DNA of 64,000 bases from Thermodesulfovibrionales bacterium (GCA_963715195.1 CAVQRT010000025.1:1-64000), one strand, 5' to 3'; positions 29,816 to 40,630 are shown, counted from the first letter of the stretch. The notes: generated by a model from the letters alone, not told the origin. Program-made: numbers and translations.

Positions 29816-30046
29816 CTAATTCAGGGAATGGCTTTTTTTATATTTTCTTACCAGTGCCGCCATCTGATCCTTCTTCATGAGTTTCTGTTTTTGAATCTTC
29901 TTCCTTTCAATCTCTTCCTCCTGGGTCAGATACCTTTTGTTGTCAATCTCCGCAAGAACCATATCAAGGCTTCTGTGCTCTTCGCTCAATTTCCTGAATT
30001 CATCATTTTCTTTTTTTAAGAGTTCGACAATTTCCTGTTCTTTCAC
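29816..30046 (-). CDS. DUF465 (YdcH) family protein
   Basis: EFRKLSEEHRSLD...KKIQKQKLMKKDQM; AGGAGG RBS. Confidence 0.85.
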   Translation of the reverse strand: MKEQEIVELLKKENDEFRKLSEEHRSLDMVLAEIDNKRYLTQEEEIERKKIQKQKLMKKDQMAALVRKYKKSHSLN

Positions 30047-30116
30047 TGTACCCCTCCTCTATTGAAAGATAAATAGATTTGCCAGAAAAACATGCCCCGT
30101 GAAGACTTTTACGGAA

Positions 30117-31475
30117 TTATATCTCCTGAAGAATCCTTTCTGCAAGCTTCGAAGAGTTTTCAATACAATCATTGACTCCGATGCCGCCATAGGCATTCCC
30201 TGTAACGTAAAACCCCTCGTAATTTCTACATATTCCGGCAATCTGCTCCGTTTGTTGTTCGTGTCCCAGAAAGTATTGGGGTATCCCTTTTCTGTGGGTG
30301 TAAACTTTTGCAAAATCGGGCTGAGCGGTAACCCCCATAATATCCCGGAGTTCATCCATGACGAGCGTTATGAGTTTCTCTTCTTGCTCAAGTGCCAGGT
30401 CTGATCTCCGGGCGCCTCCAAGCATAGTCCTGAGCAGGACATACCCCTCAGGTGCCCTATTGGGGAAGATGCTTGAGTCCCATAAGGTGCCAAGTATTTT
30501 TCTGCCTTCTTTGAAAGGAATGAGAAATCCGAATCCCATTAGGGTATGACGGATTTTTTCCCGCCTATAGCCGAGGCATACAACAGAAATCGATGGATAA
30601 AAGATTTCATGTAACAGGGCAGAGAGATTTCTGTCCATATCTTTTACCATAGCCGATGTTGCAAAAGCCGGTGTTGCACAGACGACAGCTTCTGTTTCGA
30701 TGGTTGTTCCGTCCGACAGGAAAAGCATATAGTTTTTATCTCTCCGTTCGATCGAAACGACCTCAGATCCGGTTCTCAGTCTCTTTCCAAGAAAACTGGT
30801 GAGGGCACCGATGAACGATTCCATCCCGTCGTAGAATGAAGTGAGGGTTCCTCCTGGTCCGGCCCCCACTTTATTGCCGGTTTTTTTCGCCTCCTTCTGG
30901 AGCTTTATCATGCCCCGTATAAGACTGCCATATTTCTGCTCAAGGTTATAGACTTTTGCGAAACAGCTCTTCAGGCTCATTTTCTCGGGATCGCCGGCAA
31001 ATATGCCTGAAGCCATGGGGTCTATCAGCTTCTCGTACGCTTCTCTTCCGAGTCTCCTTGTTGCAAAGTGGGCAAGGGTCTCATCGCCTCCCTTCCATTT
31101 GGGCACAAACATCTCATAGATAACTCTGAGCCTGCCGGAGATGCTCAGAAGATTTGATGTGAGAAATGCAGGTGGTGATTCAGGCAAAAGATTGAGTTTT
31201 CCGCTTGAAAAGATGTATCGCCTTCGCGCATTGTCATTGCTTCTTAGGGGGGAGAGGGAGAGTTTTGAGACAAGCTCGAGGGTTTTGGGACGGTTATCAA
31301 GGAACCCGTTGACACCCCATTCACACAGGAAACCGTCCACCTTGTCGGTCCAGATTTTACCGCCTGCTTTTTTTTCTGATTCAAGGATAAGGATATCTAA
31401 TGAAGGTTTGTGCTCGAGTAAAAGATATGCAAGTGAAAGTCCGCTGATCCCACCGCCAATAATAACCAATCTCAT
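30117..31475 (-). CDS. hemG: Protoporphyrinogen/coproporphyrinogen oxidase (HemY type)
   Basis: IIGGGISGL FAD motif, GIFAGDP, IPQY, GIGVNDCI. Confidence 0.93.
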   Translation of the reverse strand: MRLVIIGGGISGLSLAYLLLEHKPSLDILILESEKKAGGKIWTDKVDGFLCEWGVNGFLDNRPKTLELVSKLSLSPLRSNDNARRRYIFSSGKLNLLPESPPAFLTSNLLSISGRLRVIYEMFVPKWKGGDETLAHFATRRLGREAYEKLIDPMASGIFAGDPEKMSLKSCFAKVYNLEQKYGSLIRGMIKLQKEAKKTGNKVGAGPGGTLTSFYDGMESFIGALTSFLGKRLRTGSEVVSIERRDKNYMLFLSDGTTIETEAVVCATPAFATSAMVKDMDRNLSALLHEIFYPSISVVCLGYRREKIRHTLMGFGFLIPFKEGRKILGTLWDSSIFPNRAPEGYVLLRTMLGGARRSDLALEQEEKLITLVMDELRDIMGVTAQPDFAKVYTHRKGIPQYFLGHEQQTEQIAGICRNYEGFYVTGNAYGGIGVNDCIENSSKLAERILQEI

Positions 31476-31513
31476 ATTACATTTGTAATCTTAGCATATT
31501 TTATTATCCGAAT

Positions 31514-33358
31514 CTATATTCTTTCTGTGCCGGATTTCTCTGTGGCAAGTGACAGAAAGGACGTTCGGTCGGCAGAAAAAAGAATGATGCCTTTCTGCTC
31601 AAAATCCTTCAGAATATCGAACACGTCTTCAGCTGGTGTCCCGAACTCTGAAGATAGCATGCTGATCTCGCGGATTTTTTCAACCGCTGAGAGATAAATC
31701 TTCTGTTCAATTCCGCGGAGGCTGTGTTTCAATTGTCTGCCGTTGTGTGAAATTTCGATCTCCAAACCATCAGAAGCAGCACTGTAGACCATATACGTAT
31801 CTTCAGCATTTTTGCCCTTGATTTCGTCAACCTTTGCCCGCAATTCCATGGAAAATCTGTACTGTTCTTCATCGTTCTCGAACTGATACGGATAAGGATA
31901 GTTTGAATAGGAGGGCATACTGAAGTCGTCGAAGATCGAAGAAAAAATTGACTCGTTGCTTTTTGTCAGCCGGAACTGATCGGTATTGAGAAAGATGGGG
32001 CTGTCTGCGGGCAAATAAAATTCTCCGGGAAATATCTGGATTGTGTCCCTGACCAGGATATGCATGATACGATCCATAACCCGCAAATTTTCTTTCACAT
32101 CGACTTCTGTCATGCCGGGGAAACAGGTGAAAAGGTTGAATTGTACCGGAACTCCTAATTCAGCGGCTGATTTCAGTACCTCAACGTTTTTTAAGACGGT
32201 GACGCCCTTGTTCATCATCTGGAGCATCCTGTCACTGAATGTTTCGATCCCGATCTGAAAATGCGAAACCCAATTGCCGAAATGCAATACTGCACGCAGG
32301 ACATCGCGATCCATCTTTTCCGCTCGAAATTCCGCATAAATGAAATTGAGATTCCTGCTTTCGAGACACCGCGATATCTGTATAATTGATTCCCGATCTT
32401 TCAGAGCATCTGAATCGAGGATAAAATAGTTTCTGAGATCATCCGAAATGCTCTGATAATATGCTATTTCTGAAGAAACCCTTTCAGGGGATTTTGCCTG
32501 GCACAGGATATTGTACGATTCATCGGGGCAGAAGGAACATCGCTTCCAGGGACATCCCCTCCCGAATTCGATGGGGAGGATGATCTCCGACTTCCGGATC
32601 GGGAACGCCTCGAAATCATATTCCGGAAACGGAAGAGAGTTGATTGCAACATTCGGCCGCGTTGGGGATCTTTTTATTTTACGGTTTTTGTCCCGGTAAA
32701 TAACATTATAGAATTGATTCCCCGGATTGCTTATATGATCAAGCAGGCTCTCAACTGTGATTTCACACTCACTTGTTCCCGTGAAATCGACGAATTCTGC
32801 TTCCCTCATGAAATCATCCGCAAATGCACCGGTACAGTCCTTGCCGCCGAAAACCGTCAGAATATCCGGATTGGTGTCTTTAATTCTCGAGCAGAGCACG
32901 AGAGAACCGCTTAACTGATAATGGGAGCAACTGAAGCCGATAAGCCTCGTATCTTGCAGATACGGCATCAGCCTTGAAAAACATGAATCAACAAATGAGC
33001 GCGCCACTTCTCGCAATTCTTCAAAATCGCTTAATGATAATCCAAGCGAATCGAGGCGCTCTTTGAACCGCTCTTTTGATTTCATATACTTTTCTTCGAA
33101 AAAGAGCGAAGCAAAGATATAATCGAGTCCCATGTATTCGACCCCAAATTGTTCGGTCAGCGTGAAGAGATTGTCTTTAACATGCGGCGGCATTTCGTCG
33201 AGGTAAGAAAGGAATTCAAGATGAAAGTGGAATGTTTTGACACGCTTCCCTTTCTCCCCGAGATATGACTGCATGATGCCGAGGTTTATATTCGGGACGT
33301 TGGCAAACCAGCGCGAGATAAACCTCGCATAGGGCATCGAAATAAATATGAAGTCCAT
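31514..33358 (-). CDS. Radical SAM protein with B12-binding-like N-terminus, resembling RiPP-maturation rSAM family
   Basis: MPY...PNINLG N-terminus, RGCPWKRCSFC, QIGIETFS. Confidence 0.75.
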   Translation of the reverse strand: MDFIFISMPYARFISRWFANVPNINLGIMQSYLGEKGKRVKTFHFHLEFLSYLDEMPPHVKDNLFTLTEQFGVEYMGLDYIFASLFFEEKYMKSKERFKERLDSLGLSLSDFEELREVARSFVDSCFSRLMPYLQDTRLIGFSCSHYQLSGSLVLCSRIKDTNPDILTVFGGKDCTGAFADDFMREAEFVDFTGTSECEITVESLLDHISNPGNQFYNVIYRDKNRKIKRSPTRPNVAINSLPFPEYDFEAFPIRKSEIILPIEFGRGCPWKRCSFCPDESYNILCQAKSPERVSSEIAYYQSISDDLRNYFILDSDALKDRESIIQISRCLESRNLNFIYAEFRAEKMDRDVLRAVLHFGNWVSHFQIGIETFSDRMLQMMNKGVTVLKNVEVLKSAAELGVPVQFNLFTCFPGMTEVDVKENLRVMDRIMHILVRDTIQIFPGEFYLPADSPIFLNTDQFRLTKSNESIFSSIFDDFSMPSYSNYPYPYQFENDEEQYRFSMELRAKVDEIKGKNAEDTYMVYSAASDGLEIEISHNGRQLKHSLRGIEQKIYLSAVEKIREISMLSSEFGTPAEDVFDILKDFEQKGIILFSADRTSFLSLATEKSGTERI

Positions 33359-33399
33359 AAAATGTTTTACAATATTATTCTATATAATCTCCCGGCAAC

Positions 33400-34068
33400 A
33401 TGAAAGACAAAAAACAAAAAAAATCAGGGTCTTCCCGGCAGAGGAGACTTTCTTTCCACGCTGATGAGAAAAAACATCCCTGGCTTCCCTTACTGCTTGA
33501 TGCATATTTCATAGTCGATAAGGGAGTTGATGAGGCGATCAGGGAAGCGTTTCACAAAGGCAGAAAATTGGCATGCGGGAAGGGTTGCTCAAACTGCTGC
33601 ACAACCCATCAGACCATTCCTGTCTACCCGCTTGAACTGGTCGGTCTGTCCTGGTACGTTACCGAAAAGATCAGCGGGCCTGTACGTGATATCGTCAAGA
33701 TGAATCTCAGCCGTCACCGGGAGGGTGACCCGTGCCCTTTTCTTGTTAACGGTTCCTGTAATGTCCACCCGATGAGGCCTGTCTCATGCAGGCAGTTTAA
33801 CGTGTTTGATACTCCCTGCGCCGCAGGCGAAGATCCCTATTACACGAGAAGGCAGGACGTGCTCTCACCGATCAAAAAATATACTGACCGTGCTTTTTTT
33901 TCCATGCTTCCGTTCTACGGGGTGGAAGATGAAAAGAAGCGGTGGAAGATTATTGAGTCCGGTGCCGTTCACCAGGTAGTGAAACTCATGCAGACCTGTA
34001 ACTGGAAAAGTCTGGCTGAGAAGATGGAGGAGTTTGAAAGGATAGATTCAATGAAGAATCCGAATTAG
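33400..34068 (+). CDS. YkgJ-family cysteine-cluster protein
   Basis: CGKGCSNCC, CPFL...C.VH..RP.SCRQF. Confidence 0.88.
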   Translation: MKDKKQKKSGSSRQRRLSFHADEKKHPWLPLLLDAYFIVDKGVDEAIREAFHKGRKLACGKGCSNCCTTHQTIPVYPLELVGLSWYVTEKISGPVRDIVKMNLSRHREGDPCPFLVNGSCNVHPMRPVSCRQFNVFDTPCAAGEDPYYTRRQDVLSPIKKYTDRAFFSMLPFYGVEDEKKRWKIIESGAVHQVVKLMQTCNWKSLAEKMEEFERIDSMKNPN

Positions 34069-34081
34069 TTTCGCCATGCTT

Positions 34082-36034
34082 TTATATATCGATTGGGTCT
34101 ACATCTACCCTGACCCTTACGTCCCTTGAATTCCTGAACATCCCGATAACAGATCTTGCTGCGGCGTGAAGCTGCATGCGATTGGATGATTTGAGCAGCA
34201 GTCTATATTCGTATTCTCTTTTCTTATTTTTCGATATGGACGGGCCGAGTATCTCAACATCGTTGCCGGGAATTTTGATGCCCTGTGCTATTTCTTTTTT
34301 CAGCTCTCTTTTGCTTGTGCATTTGATGAGTATGAGCCTCGAAAAAGGTGGATAGAGAAGCGCCTTGCGCCTGTGCAATTCCTCCTGAAAGAACAAATTA
34401 TAGTTATTGTTTTTTATTCCTTTGAACAAATAATGATTCGGCATTCTTGTTTGGATAAGGACCTCGCCACCCGGCTCAATTTTATCCATGACAGACGAGA
34501 TTTCCTGGTGAGCCTTCTCTGCGGACCTGAAATCAGGGAGATTCAGCAAAATGTCTGTGTTCAGAACCGCAGCCATGGAAAATCTTACAGTAGAGTTCAG
34601 TCTCCTGGTCATCAGTTTTGTGCCGATAATTATTTTATTTTCAGCCAGGCATGCCGCACCCGTTACCCCTTCCATGAGAGATTTTTTCTTTGTTTTATCA
34701 CTGTCGAGCCTTATGGTACTAACACCAAGGATATTCTCAATGTCTTCCTGAGCCCTTTGCGTGCCTGCACCGAGCAATTGAAGGTTATGGCCTTTACATC
34801 TGCTGCAGAATTCCGGCACCTTTGATCGCGCATACCCGCAGTAATGACATTTCATTGACATGTCCTGTTTGTGGTAGATGAGGGGTATTTTGCAGTCAGG
34901 GCATTCCTCAATGTAATGACAATCAATGCATTCAAGGAGCGTCGAGTATCCTCTCCTATTGACGACAAACATCATCTTTCCGGAACTCTTTATGTATTTC
35001 TTGGCAGTATCGATGACTGTTTTCGAAAGGTATGGTTTTATATGTTTTTCGTATCTCATGTCGATCACTCTAACCTTATGAGTTTTCGTGCCGGAGGCAG
35101 GTTTCAATAAGGTGTATTTCCCGGACTTGCAGTTATAGAGAGACTCTATCGAAGGGCTGACAGATGAAAGGAGTACCGTGGCATTCTCGTAAAACCCCCG
35201 CATGACTGCAACATCCCTTCCGCTGTAACAGGGGCTGCTTTCCTGTTTGTACGAAGTATTATGTTCCTGCAGTACGGCAATAAAAGAGACTTTATTAAAC
35301 GGGGCAAAGACAGCCGATCTTGTCCCAAGCACGATGTCTGATTGAGATGAAATGATCCTTTCGAAAGCCTCGCGTCTTTGCCCCTTGCTGAGTTCGCTGT
35401 GGAAAAGGCATATTCTCTGTCCGAGGTGCAGTTTCAGGAGAGCGTAGAGCAGTTTCAGTGCAGATATTTCCGGGACAAGAATAATGCCATTGCGGGCATC
35501 GGCAACTGTCTTCAGGAGAAACGATTGCACATAGGCAGAAGAGGGTGCGTGAAGGAGAAAGGTTCTGTATGCGGAATTGTGTATCGAGGCCTTAACAGTG
35601 TCTAACATATCGTTATCAACCGGCACGGAATCGAAATGATCTCCGGAAGCAGGGTAGTCCTGAATCCGCTGGGCTTGCACACGGCGCGGTTTTTTCATTG
35701 TTCCCTTCATCAAGACTTCTTTAGGTAGGATATTCTTCAGAACGAGTCCCTGCTCGCTTATATAATAGTCTGACATCCAGTGCAGAAGATGAATCAGACT
35801 GCTGCTCAGGACCGGGACAGTATTGTGCACTTCCGTGATGTCTTTTACGGAGCCCGGATGCTGCCCTGATGTTTTTCTCAGTACAATACCTTTCGTGACT
35901 GAGTTTTTCAGTTGTGCACTGACAATCATGCCCGGTTTAATATGGCGGGAGAGTTCTTCAGGACACCGGTAGGTCAACGCCCCGATATTGACCGGAAAAA
36001 CAACATCATAAAAATCCATTTCAGATTCTATCAC
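34082..36034 (-). CDS. priA: Primosomal protein N' with degenerate helicase motifs
   Basis: GTRSAVFAP, NRRGYS, four CxxC, PDFRSAE, YPPF, VDVDP; Walker A, DExH and motif VI altered. Confidence 0.9.
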   Translation of the reverse strand: MIESEMDFYDVVFPVNIGALTYRCPEELSRHIKPGMIVSAQLKNSVTKGIVLRKTSGQHPGSVKDITEVHNTVPVLSSSLIHLLHWMSDYYISEQGLVLKNILPKEVLMKGTMKKPRRVQAQRIQDYPASGDHFDSVPVDNDMLDTVKASIHNSAYRTFLLHAPSSAYVQSFLLKTVADARNGIILVPEISALKLLYALLKLHLGQRICLFHSELSKGQRREAFERIISSQSDIVLGTRSAVFAPFNKVSFIAVLQEHNTSYKQESSPCYSGRDVAVMRGFYENATVLLSSVSPSIESLYNCKSGKYTLLKPASGTKTHKVRVIDMRYEKHIKPYLSKTVIDTAKKYIKSSGKMMFVVNRRGYSTLLECIDCHYIEECPDCKIPLIYHKQDMSMKCHYCGYARSKVPEFCSRCKGHNLQLLGAGTQRAQEDIENILGVSTIRLDSDKTKKKSLMEGVTGAACLAENKIIIGTKLMTRRLNSTVRFSMAAVLNTDILLNLPDFRSAEKAHQEISSVMDKIEPGGEVLIQTRMPNHYLFKGIKNNNYNLFFQEELHRRKALLYPPFSRLILIKCTSKRELKKEIAQGIKIPGNDVEILGPSISKNKKREYEYRLLLKSSNRMQLHAAARSVIGMFRNSRDVRVRVDVDPIDI

Positions 36035-36071
36035 ATTGTGAACCTTCTCATCTTTGTGTCATAATTTGACT

Positions 36072-37799
36072 ATGTTTTTGAAATATTTTCCTTCGGTGCT
36101 TCTGGCTCTCCTGCTCCTTGTGACCTCATGTGCAACGCAACAGATACAGGAAATCAGGGAAAAGCCATTTCCCCCCGAGGAATCCTATTATCTGTTTCTG
36201 CTCGGCAATATCGCAGAAAAAGAGGGGAAATGGGAGGAAGCCCTCGAGTATTATAAGCAAGCACTCGAAAAAGACCCCCTTTCTTCTTCACTGCAACTGC
36301 AGATCAGCTACTTATTACTGAGAACCGGGAAAATCAGCGAGGCCATTTCTCGTGCCGAGGGGATTATCGGCCGGGAACCTGAGAATGTCCCGGCACTCTT
36401 GCTTCTCGGACAGCTCTATAACAGTCAGAAAAGGTCGGACGAAGCGATCACAATATTCCGGAAAATTCTCGCAATACAGCCGGATCACCGTGAGGCAGCG
36501 ATTTTTCTGAGCCTTCTCTACGCGTCGATGAAAGAAAACGGAAAAGCTATCGGAATACTTGAGACTCTCACAGAACAGGACCCAAACAATACGATGGCGA
36601 TATTCTATCTCGGTTCCCTGCACCTCAATGGGGGAGATATCGATAAGGCTTCTGAATATTTTCATAAGGCGATAGCTCAAAAACCCAACTTTGATGCAGC
36701 ATATTACAATCTCGGACTGATCTCCGAGATGAAGAGCCAGTGGCAAGACGCGAAAGAATATTATGACACGGCCATTTCCGTAAACCCTCATAACCTGCAG
36801 GCGCGGGAAAGACTTGCCCAGATCTATTTCAGGCAGAAGGAAACCGATAGGGCGATAGAGCAATACAGGGAAATCAGTTCCCAGGTCCCGGTGGATATCG
36901 ATGCGCACGTTAATCTCGGCATCCTCTACCTGGATGACAAACAATATGACAAGGCGATAGAGGAATTCAGGATCATACTGGAAGCGAGGCCCCAAAATAC
37001 GGCAATACGCTACTATCTTGCAATAGGTCTTGGAGAGCTGGAGAGAACTGATGAGGCTGTTAAGGAGCTGAAAAAAATTATTTCACAGGACCCCAGGAAT
37101 GAGAGCGCCTTTCTCTATCTGGGGCTTTTGTATTCAAGGCAGGACAGGGATGATGAAGCAATAGCGGTCTACAGGGAATTGCTGAGTTTTGAGCAGGAGA
37201 AACCCGAGATCTATCTGTATCTTGCTTCAACGCTTATCCATAAAAAAGATTACGGGGAAGCAGCGGGAATCTTAAAGGATGCAACAGAACGGTTTCCCGA
37301 TAACGGCGATCTGCTCTTCAATCTCGCGGTCGTGAGCGAGAAAACGGGCAGATTTGATCAAATGGAGCAGTACCTGAAAAAAGTGATCGAGATTAATCCG
37401 GAGCATGCAGAGGCACTCAATTATCTCGGATACAGCTATGCCGATCAAGGAATACATCTTGATGATGCATTGCTGCTCGTTCAGAAGGCGTCAGAACTGA
37501 AGCCCGAAAGCGGCTATATTCTGGACAGTCTTGGATGGGTATATTATAAATCGGGTAAATATCCTGAAGCATTGGATTTGCTGTTGAAAGCAGCCGGAAT
37601 CGTACAGGACGATCCTACGATTCTGGAGCATATCGGTGACGTCTATCGTGCCATAGGAGAAGCGGGAAAAGCACGGGCATACTGGGAAAAATCACTCGAT
37701 TTTTATGAAAAGGGCGAAGACGAAACCCTGAAAGAACGGGTCATGAAAAAGCTCAAAGAGATCGAATACGGTGATGGTCAGACCGGCGAAAGAAAGTGA
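36072..37799 (+). CDS. TPR-repeat lipoprotein
   Basis: VTSC lipobox; many TPRs; ALNYLGY and ILDSLGWVYY. Confidence 0.9.
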   Translation: MFLKYFPSVLLALLLLVTSCATQQIQEIREKPFPPEESYYLFLLGNIAEKEGKWEEALEYYKQALEKDPLSSSLQLQISYLLLRTGKISEAISRAEGIIGREPENVPALLLLGQLYNSQKRSDEAITIFRKILAIQPDHREAAIFLSLLYASMKENGKAIGILETLTEQDPNNTMAIFYLGSLHLNGGDIDKASEYFHKAIAQKPNFDAAYYNLGLISEMKSQWQDAKEYYDTAISVNPHNLQARERLAQIYFRQKETDRAIEQYREISSQVPVDIDAHVNLGILYLDDKQYDKAIEEFRIILEARPQNTAIRYYLAIGLGELERTDEAVKELKKIISQDPRNESAFLYLGLLYSRQDRDDEAIAVYRELLSFEQEKPEIYLYLASTLIHKKDYGEAAGILKDATERFPDNGDLLFNLAVVSEKTGRFDQMEQYLKKVIEINPEHAEALNYLGYSYADQGIHLDDALLLVQKASELKPESGYILDSLGWVYYKSGKYPEALDLLLKAAGIVQDDPTILEHIGDVYRAIGEAGKARAYWEKSLDFYEKGEDETLKERVMKKLKEIEYGDGQTGERK

Positions 37800-37854
37800 T
37801 TCGATCCCCCGTCGTCCGGTTCTTCCTTCCCCTTGTGCGCGAAATAACAATGTT

Positions 37855-38712
37855 TTGTCGGTAAGAGCACCAGCAAAGATCAACTGGTTTCTTCATGTCC
37901 TCAAGAAGAGACACGACGGTTATCATGACATCGTCAGCCTGATGCAGTGTGTCAGCCTCCACGATGAACTCATTTTTGAGCACGCTGATTCTATCGTTGT
38001 CGAAAGTGATCTGGACATCCCGGTTTCGGAGAATCTTGTTTACAAAGCCGCTTCGTTCCTGCAGCAATACGCTTCCTGCCGGAAAGGCGCGCGGATAATA
38101 CTCAGGAAACAGATACCGCTAAGTGCCGGACTCGGGGGAGGAAGCAGCGATGCCGCATATACACTCTCCGGGCTTAATACATTATGGGAGCTTGGTTTGC
38201 CGCGGGAGGAGCTCTGTTTTATCGGTGCCCGCATCGGATCTGACATCCCCTTTTTCTTCCATGCTCCCGCGGCTCTGGTTGAAGGAAAAGGTGACAGCGT
38301 GAAGCCGCTCAAAATGGATCTTTTTTTCTGGCTTCTCCTTGTGAAACCGGATATCACCGTATCAACAGCATGGGCGTACGCTGCTTTCGACCTGATGCCT
38401 GGACCTGCATTGACAAAAAAACCTCTTGATATTAAACTGTTCTGTCAAGGTCTTCATAAGCAGGATTTTCTCTCTCTTGCTCATCTGCTTTCCAATGATT
38501 TGGAGGAAGTCGTCATGAGGGAATATCCTGCCGTCGGGGATATAAAGCACAAGCTCATTGAAATGGGCGCAGAGATATCCTTAATGAGCGGAAGCGGCCC
38601 GACGGTTTTTGGTGTTTTCAGAACCAGGGAAAAGGCAGAAAATGCTCTCACGGTGATGAAGCCCCATTGGTGCTGTATCGTACAGACTTTGATTAAAAAA
38701 AGTGAAAAGTGA
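37855..38712 (+). CDS. ispE: 4-diphosphocytidyl-2-C-methyl-D-erythritol kinase
   Basis: APAKIN, AGLGGGSSDAA, MSGSGPTVF; start uncertain (37771-37855). Confidence 0.95.
   Translation: MSVRAPAKINWFLHVLKKRHDGYHDIVSLMQCVSLHDELIFEHADSIVVESDLDIPVSENLVYKAASFLQQYASCRKGARIILRKQIPLSAGLGGGSSDAAYTLSGLNTLWELGLPREELCFIGARIGSDIPFFFHAPAALVEGKGDSVKPLKMDLFFWLLLVKPDITVSTAWAYAAFDLMPGPALTKKPLDIKLFCQGLHKQDFLSLAHLLSNDLEEVVMREYPAVGDIKHKLIEMGAEISLMSGSGPTVFGVFRTREKAENALTVMKPHWCCIVQTLIKKSEK
38410..38438 (+). promoter_or_regulatory. sigma70 promoter inside ispE for tRNA-Gln-prs-rplY-pth
   Basis: TTGACA-N17-TAAACT. Confidence 0.6.
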
Positions 38713-38790
38713 AAAGTTCATAGAGGAATATATCTTGCGGATAACACGCATTCTGTAACGTTTGCCATGTAATGTCCAACGTGCTGATGG

Positions 38791-38865
38791 TGGGGCGTCG
38801 ACAAACGGCAAGTCAGGAGACTTTGGATCTCCCATCTGGAGGTTCGAATCCTCCCGCCCCAGCCA
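38791..38865 (+). tRNA. tRNA-Gln(UUG)
   Basis: Cloverleaf; ggaga-CTTTGGA-tctcc anticodon arm; GGTTCGAATCC; CCA end. Confidence 0.95.
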
Positions 38866-38952
38866 AAAATCAGATATGCGCTGTTCGTCGTCAGTTGTTA
38901 GTTTAGGTTGACAACAGCAGTCTGAGAACTGACAACTGATAGAGGAGGGAGA

Positions 38953-39897
38953 ATGCCAGAAGGGGTTAAATTTTTTACGGGAAACGCGCACAAATCTCTC
39001 GCACAGGAAATTGCAGAATGCCTTCATATCCCAGTCGGGGATGCAACAGTGACGGAGTTTAGTGATGGCGAGATTATGGTGCAGATCAATGAAAATGTCA
39101 GGGGAACTGATGTATTTGTTCTGCAACCGACCTGCATGCCGGTAAACCGGAATATCATGGAACTTCTTCTCATGGCTGACGCACTGAAAAGAGCATCAGC
39201 ATACAGAATAACCGTTGTTATCCCTTATTACGGATACGCGCGTCAGGACAGAAAAGTTCAGCCCCGTGTCCCGATATCTGCAAAGCTTGTTGCTGACCTC
39301 ATTACCGCTGCAGGAATTAACAGAATTCTGACCATGGATCTCCATGCTGCACAGATTCAGGGATTTTTTAATATACCGGTTGATAATCTCTACGCATCAC
39401 CTGTCCTTCTGGATTACGTTCGTTCAACGTATTCATTTGAGAACCTGGTGATTGTTTCGCCGGATGCAGGTGGTGTTGAGAGGGCGCGAGCCTTTGCAAA
39501 AAAACTCGAGTGTTCCATTGCAATTATTGACAAACGGCGTGAGGCAGCAAATATATCTCAGATTATGAATGTCATTGGGAATGTAGAAAACAAAGATACG
39601 ATTATCCTTGATGACATGATAGATACCGGAGGCACAACTATTCAGGCGGCAGCTGCATTGAAAGAGAAGGGTGCAAAGCGGGTCGTTGCCGCATGCACCC
39701 ATGCTGTGCTCTCGGATAATGCGATTGAGAAGGTAGATAATTCGGTGATCGAGGAACTGATCGTTACGAATACGATACCGCATGACAGTAAAAAAGAACG
39801 CTGCAGAAAACTGACCGTTCTCAGTATAGCGCCTCTCATCGGAGAGGCCATCAAAAGGATCCATGAGGAATCTTCAATTAGTTCGCTGTTTGTGTGA
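38953..39897 (+). CDS. prs: Ribose-phosphate pyrophosphokinase
   Basis: FSDGE, YARQDRK, DDMIDTGGT. Confidence 0.98.
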   Translation: MPEGVKFFTGNAHKSLAQEIAECLHIPVGDATVTEFSDGEIMVQINENVRGTDVFVLQPTCMPVNRNIMELLLMADALKRASAYRITVVIPYYGYARQDRKVQPRVPISAKLVADLITAAGINRILTMDLHAAQIQGFFNIPVDNLYASPVLLDYVRSTYSFENLVIVSPDAGGVERARAFAKKLECSIAIIDKRREAANISQIMNVIGNVENKDTIILDDMIDTGGTTIQAAAALKEKGAKRVVAACTHAVLSDNAIEKVDNSVIEELIVTNTIPHDSKKERCRKLTVLSIAPLIGEAIKRIHEESSISSLFV

Positions 39898-39915
39898 AGG
39901 AGGAAATGAAAAAAG

Positions 39916-40578
39916 ATGGAAAAAATAACCCTGACTGTTCAGAAGAGAGATGAGAAAGGCAAAGGGGCGGCACGCTCTCTGAGAAGAGCCGAGATGATTC
40001 CAGCTATTCTTTACCGGGGCGGCGGATCTCTCCCGATAAAAATCCCCAAAAAAGACATGGCGCAGTTTATCAATTCAACAGCGGGTGAACAGGTCATGGT
40101 CAATCTTCAGTTTGCAGAAGGCGAAAATAAACTTGCTCTTGTCAAGGATTATCAGGTCGATCCCCTGAAAAGGGAATTGCTGCACGTTGATTTCTTTGAA
40201 GTCTCTCTGACGGAAAAAGTCAGGGTGAATGTCCACGTAACAACGACAGGCGAGTCTATCGGAGTGAAGAGGGATAAAGGAATATTGCAGAATCTTCTCA
40301 GGGAGATAGAGGTAGAATGCCTTCCTGATAAGATCCCGGCTCATATCAAGATAGATATTTCAGGGCTCGAAATCGGCCAGTCTTTCAATGTTGGTAATCT
40401 GAATCTCGGAGAAGATGTGAAAATTCTGACGGATCCATCCGAAGTGTTGGCAAACATTATCGCCCCTGCTGTTGAAGAGGTTGCCCCCGCTGAGGAGGTT
40501 GAAGCACCTGCTGAGACAGCAGAACCCGAAGTGATGAAGAAAGGCAAGAAAGAAGAGGAAACTGAAGAAAGTAAATAA
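39916..40578 (+). CDS. rplY: 50S ribosomal protein L25/Ctc
   Basis: GKGAARSLRR, HVDF, C-terminal Ctc domain. Confidence 0.96.
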   Translation: MEKITLTVQKRDEKGKGAARSLRRAEMIPAILYRGGGSLPIKIPKKDMAQFINSTAGEQVMVNLQFAEGENKLALVKDYQVDPLKRELLHVDFFEVSLTEKVRVNVHVTTTGESIGVKRDKGILQNLLREIEVECLPDKIPAHIKIDISGLEIGQSFNVGNLNLGEDVKILTDPSEVLANIIAPAVEEVAPAEEVEAPAETAEPEVMKKGKKEEETEESK

Positions 40579-40630
40579 CGATTATTTCTCATCAACGCGG
40601 ATTGGTTATTGAACATTCTCTGTGTAACCG

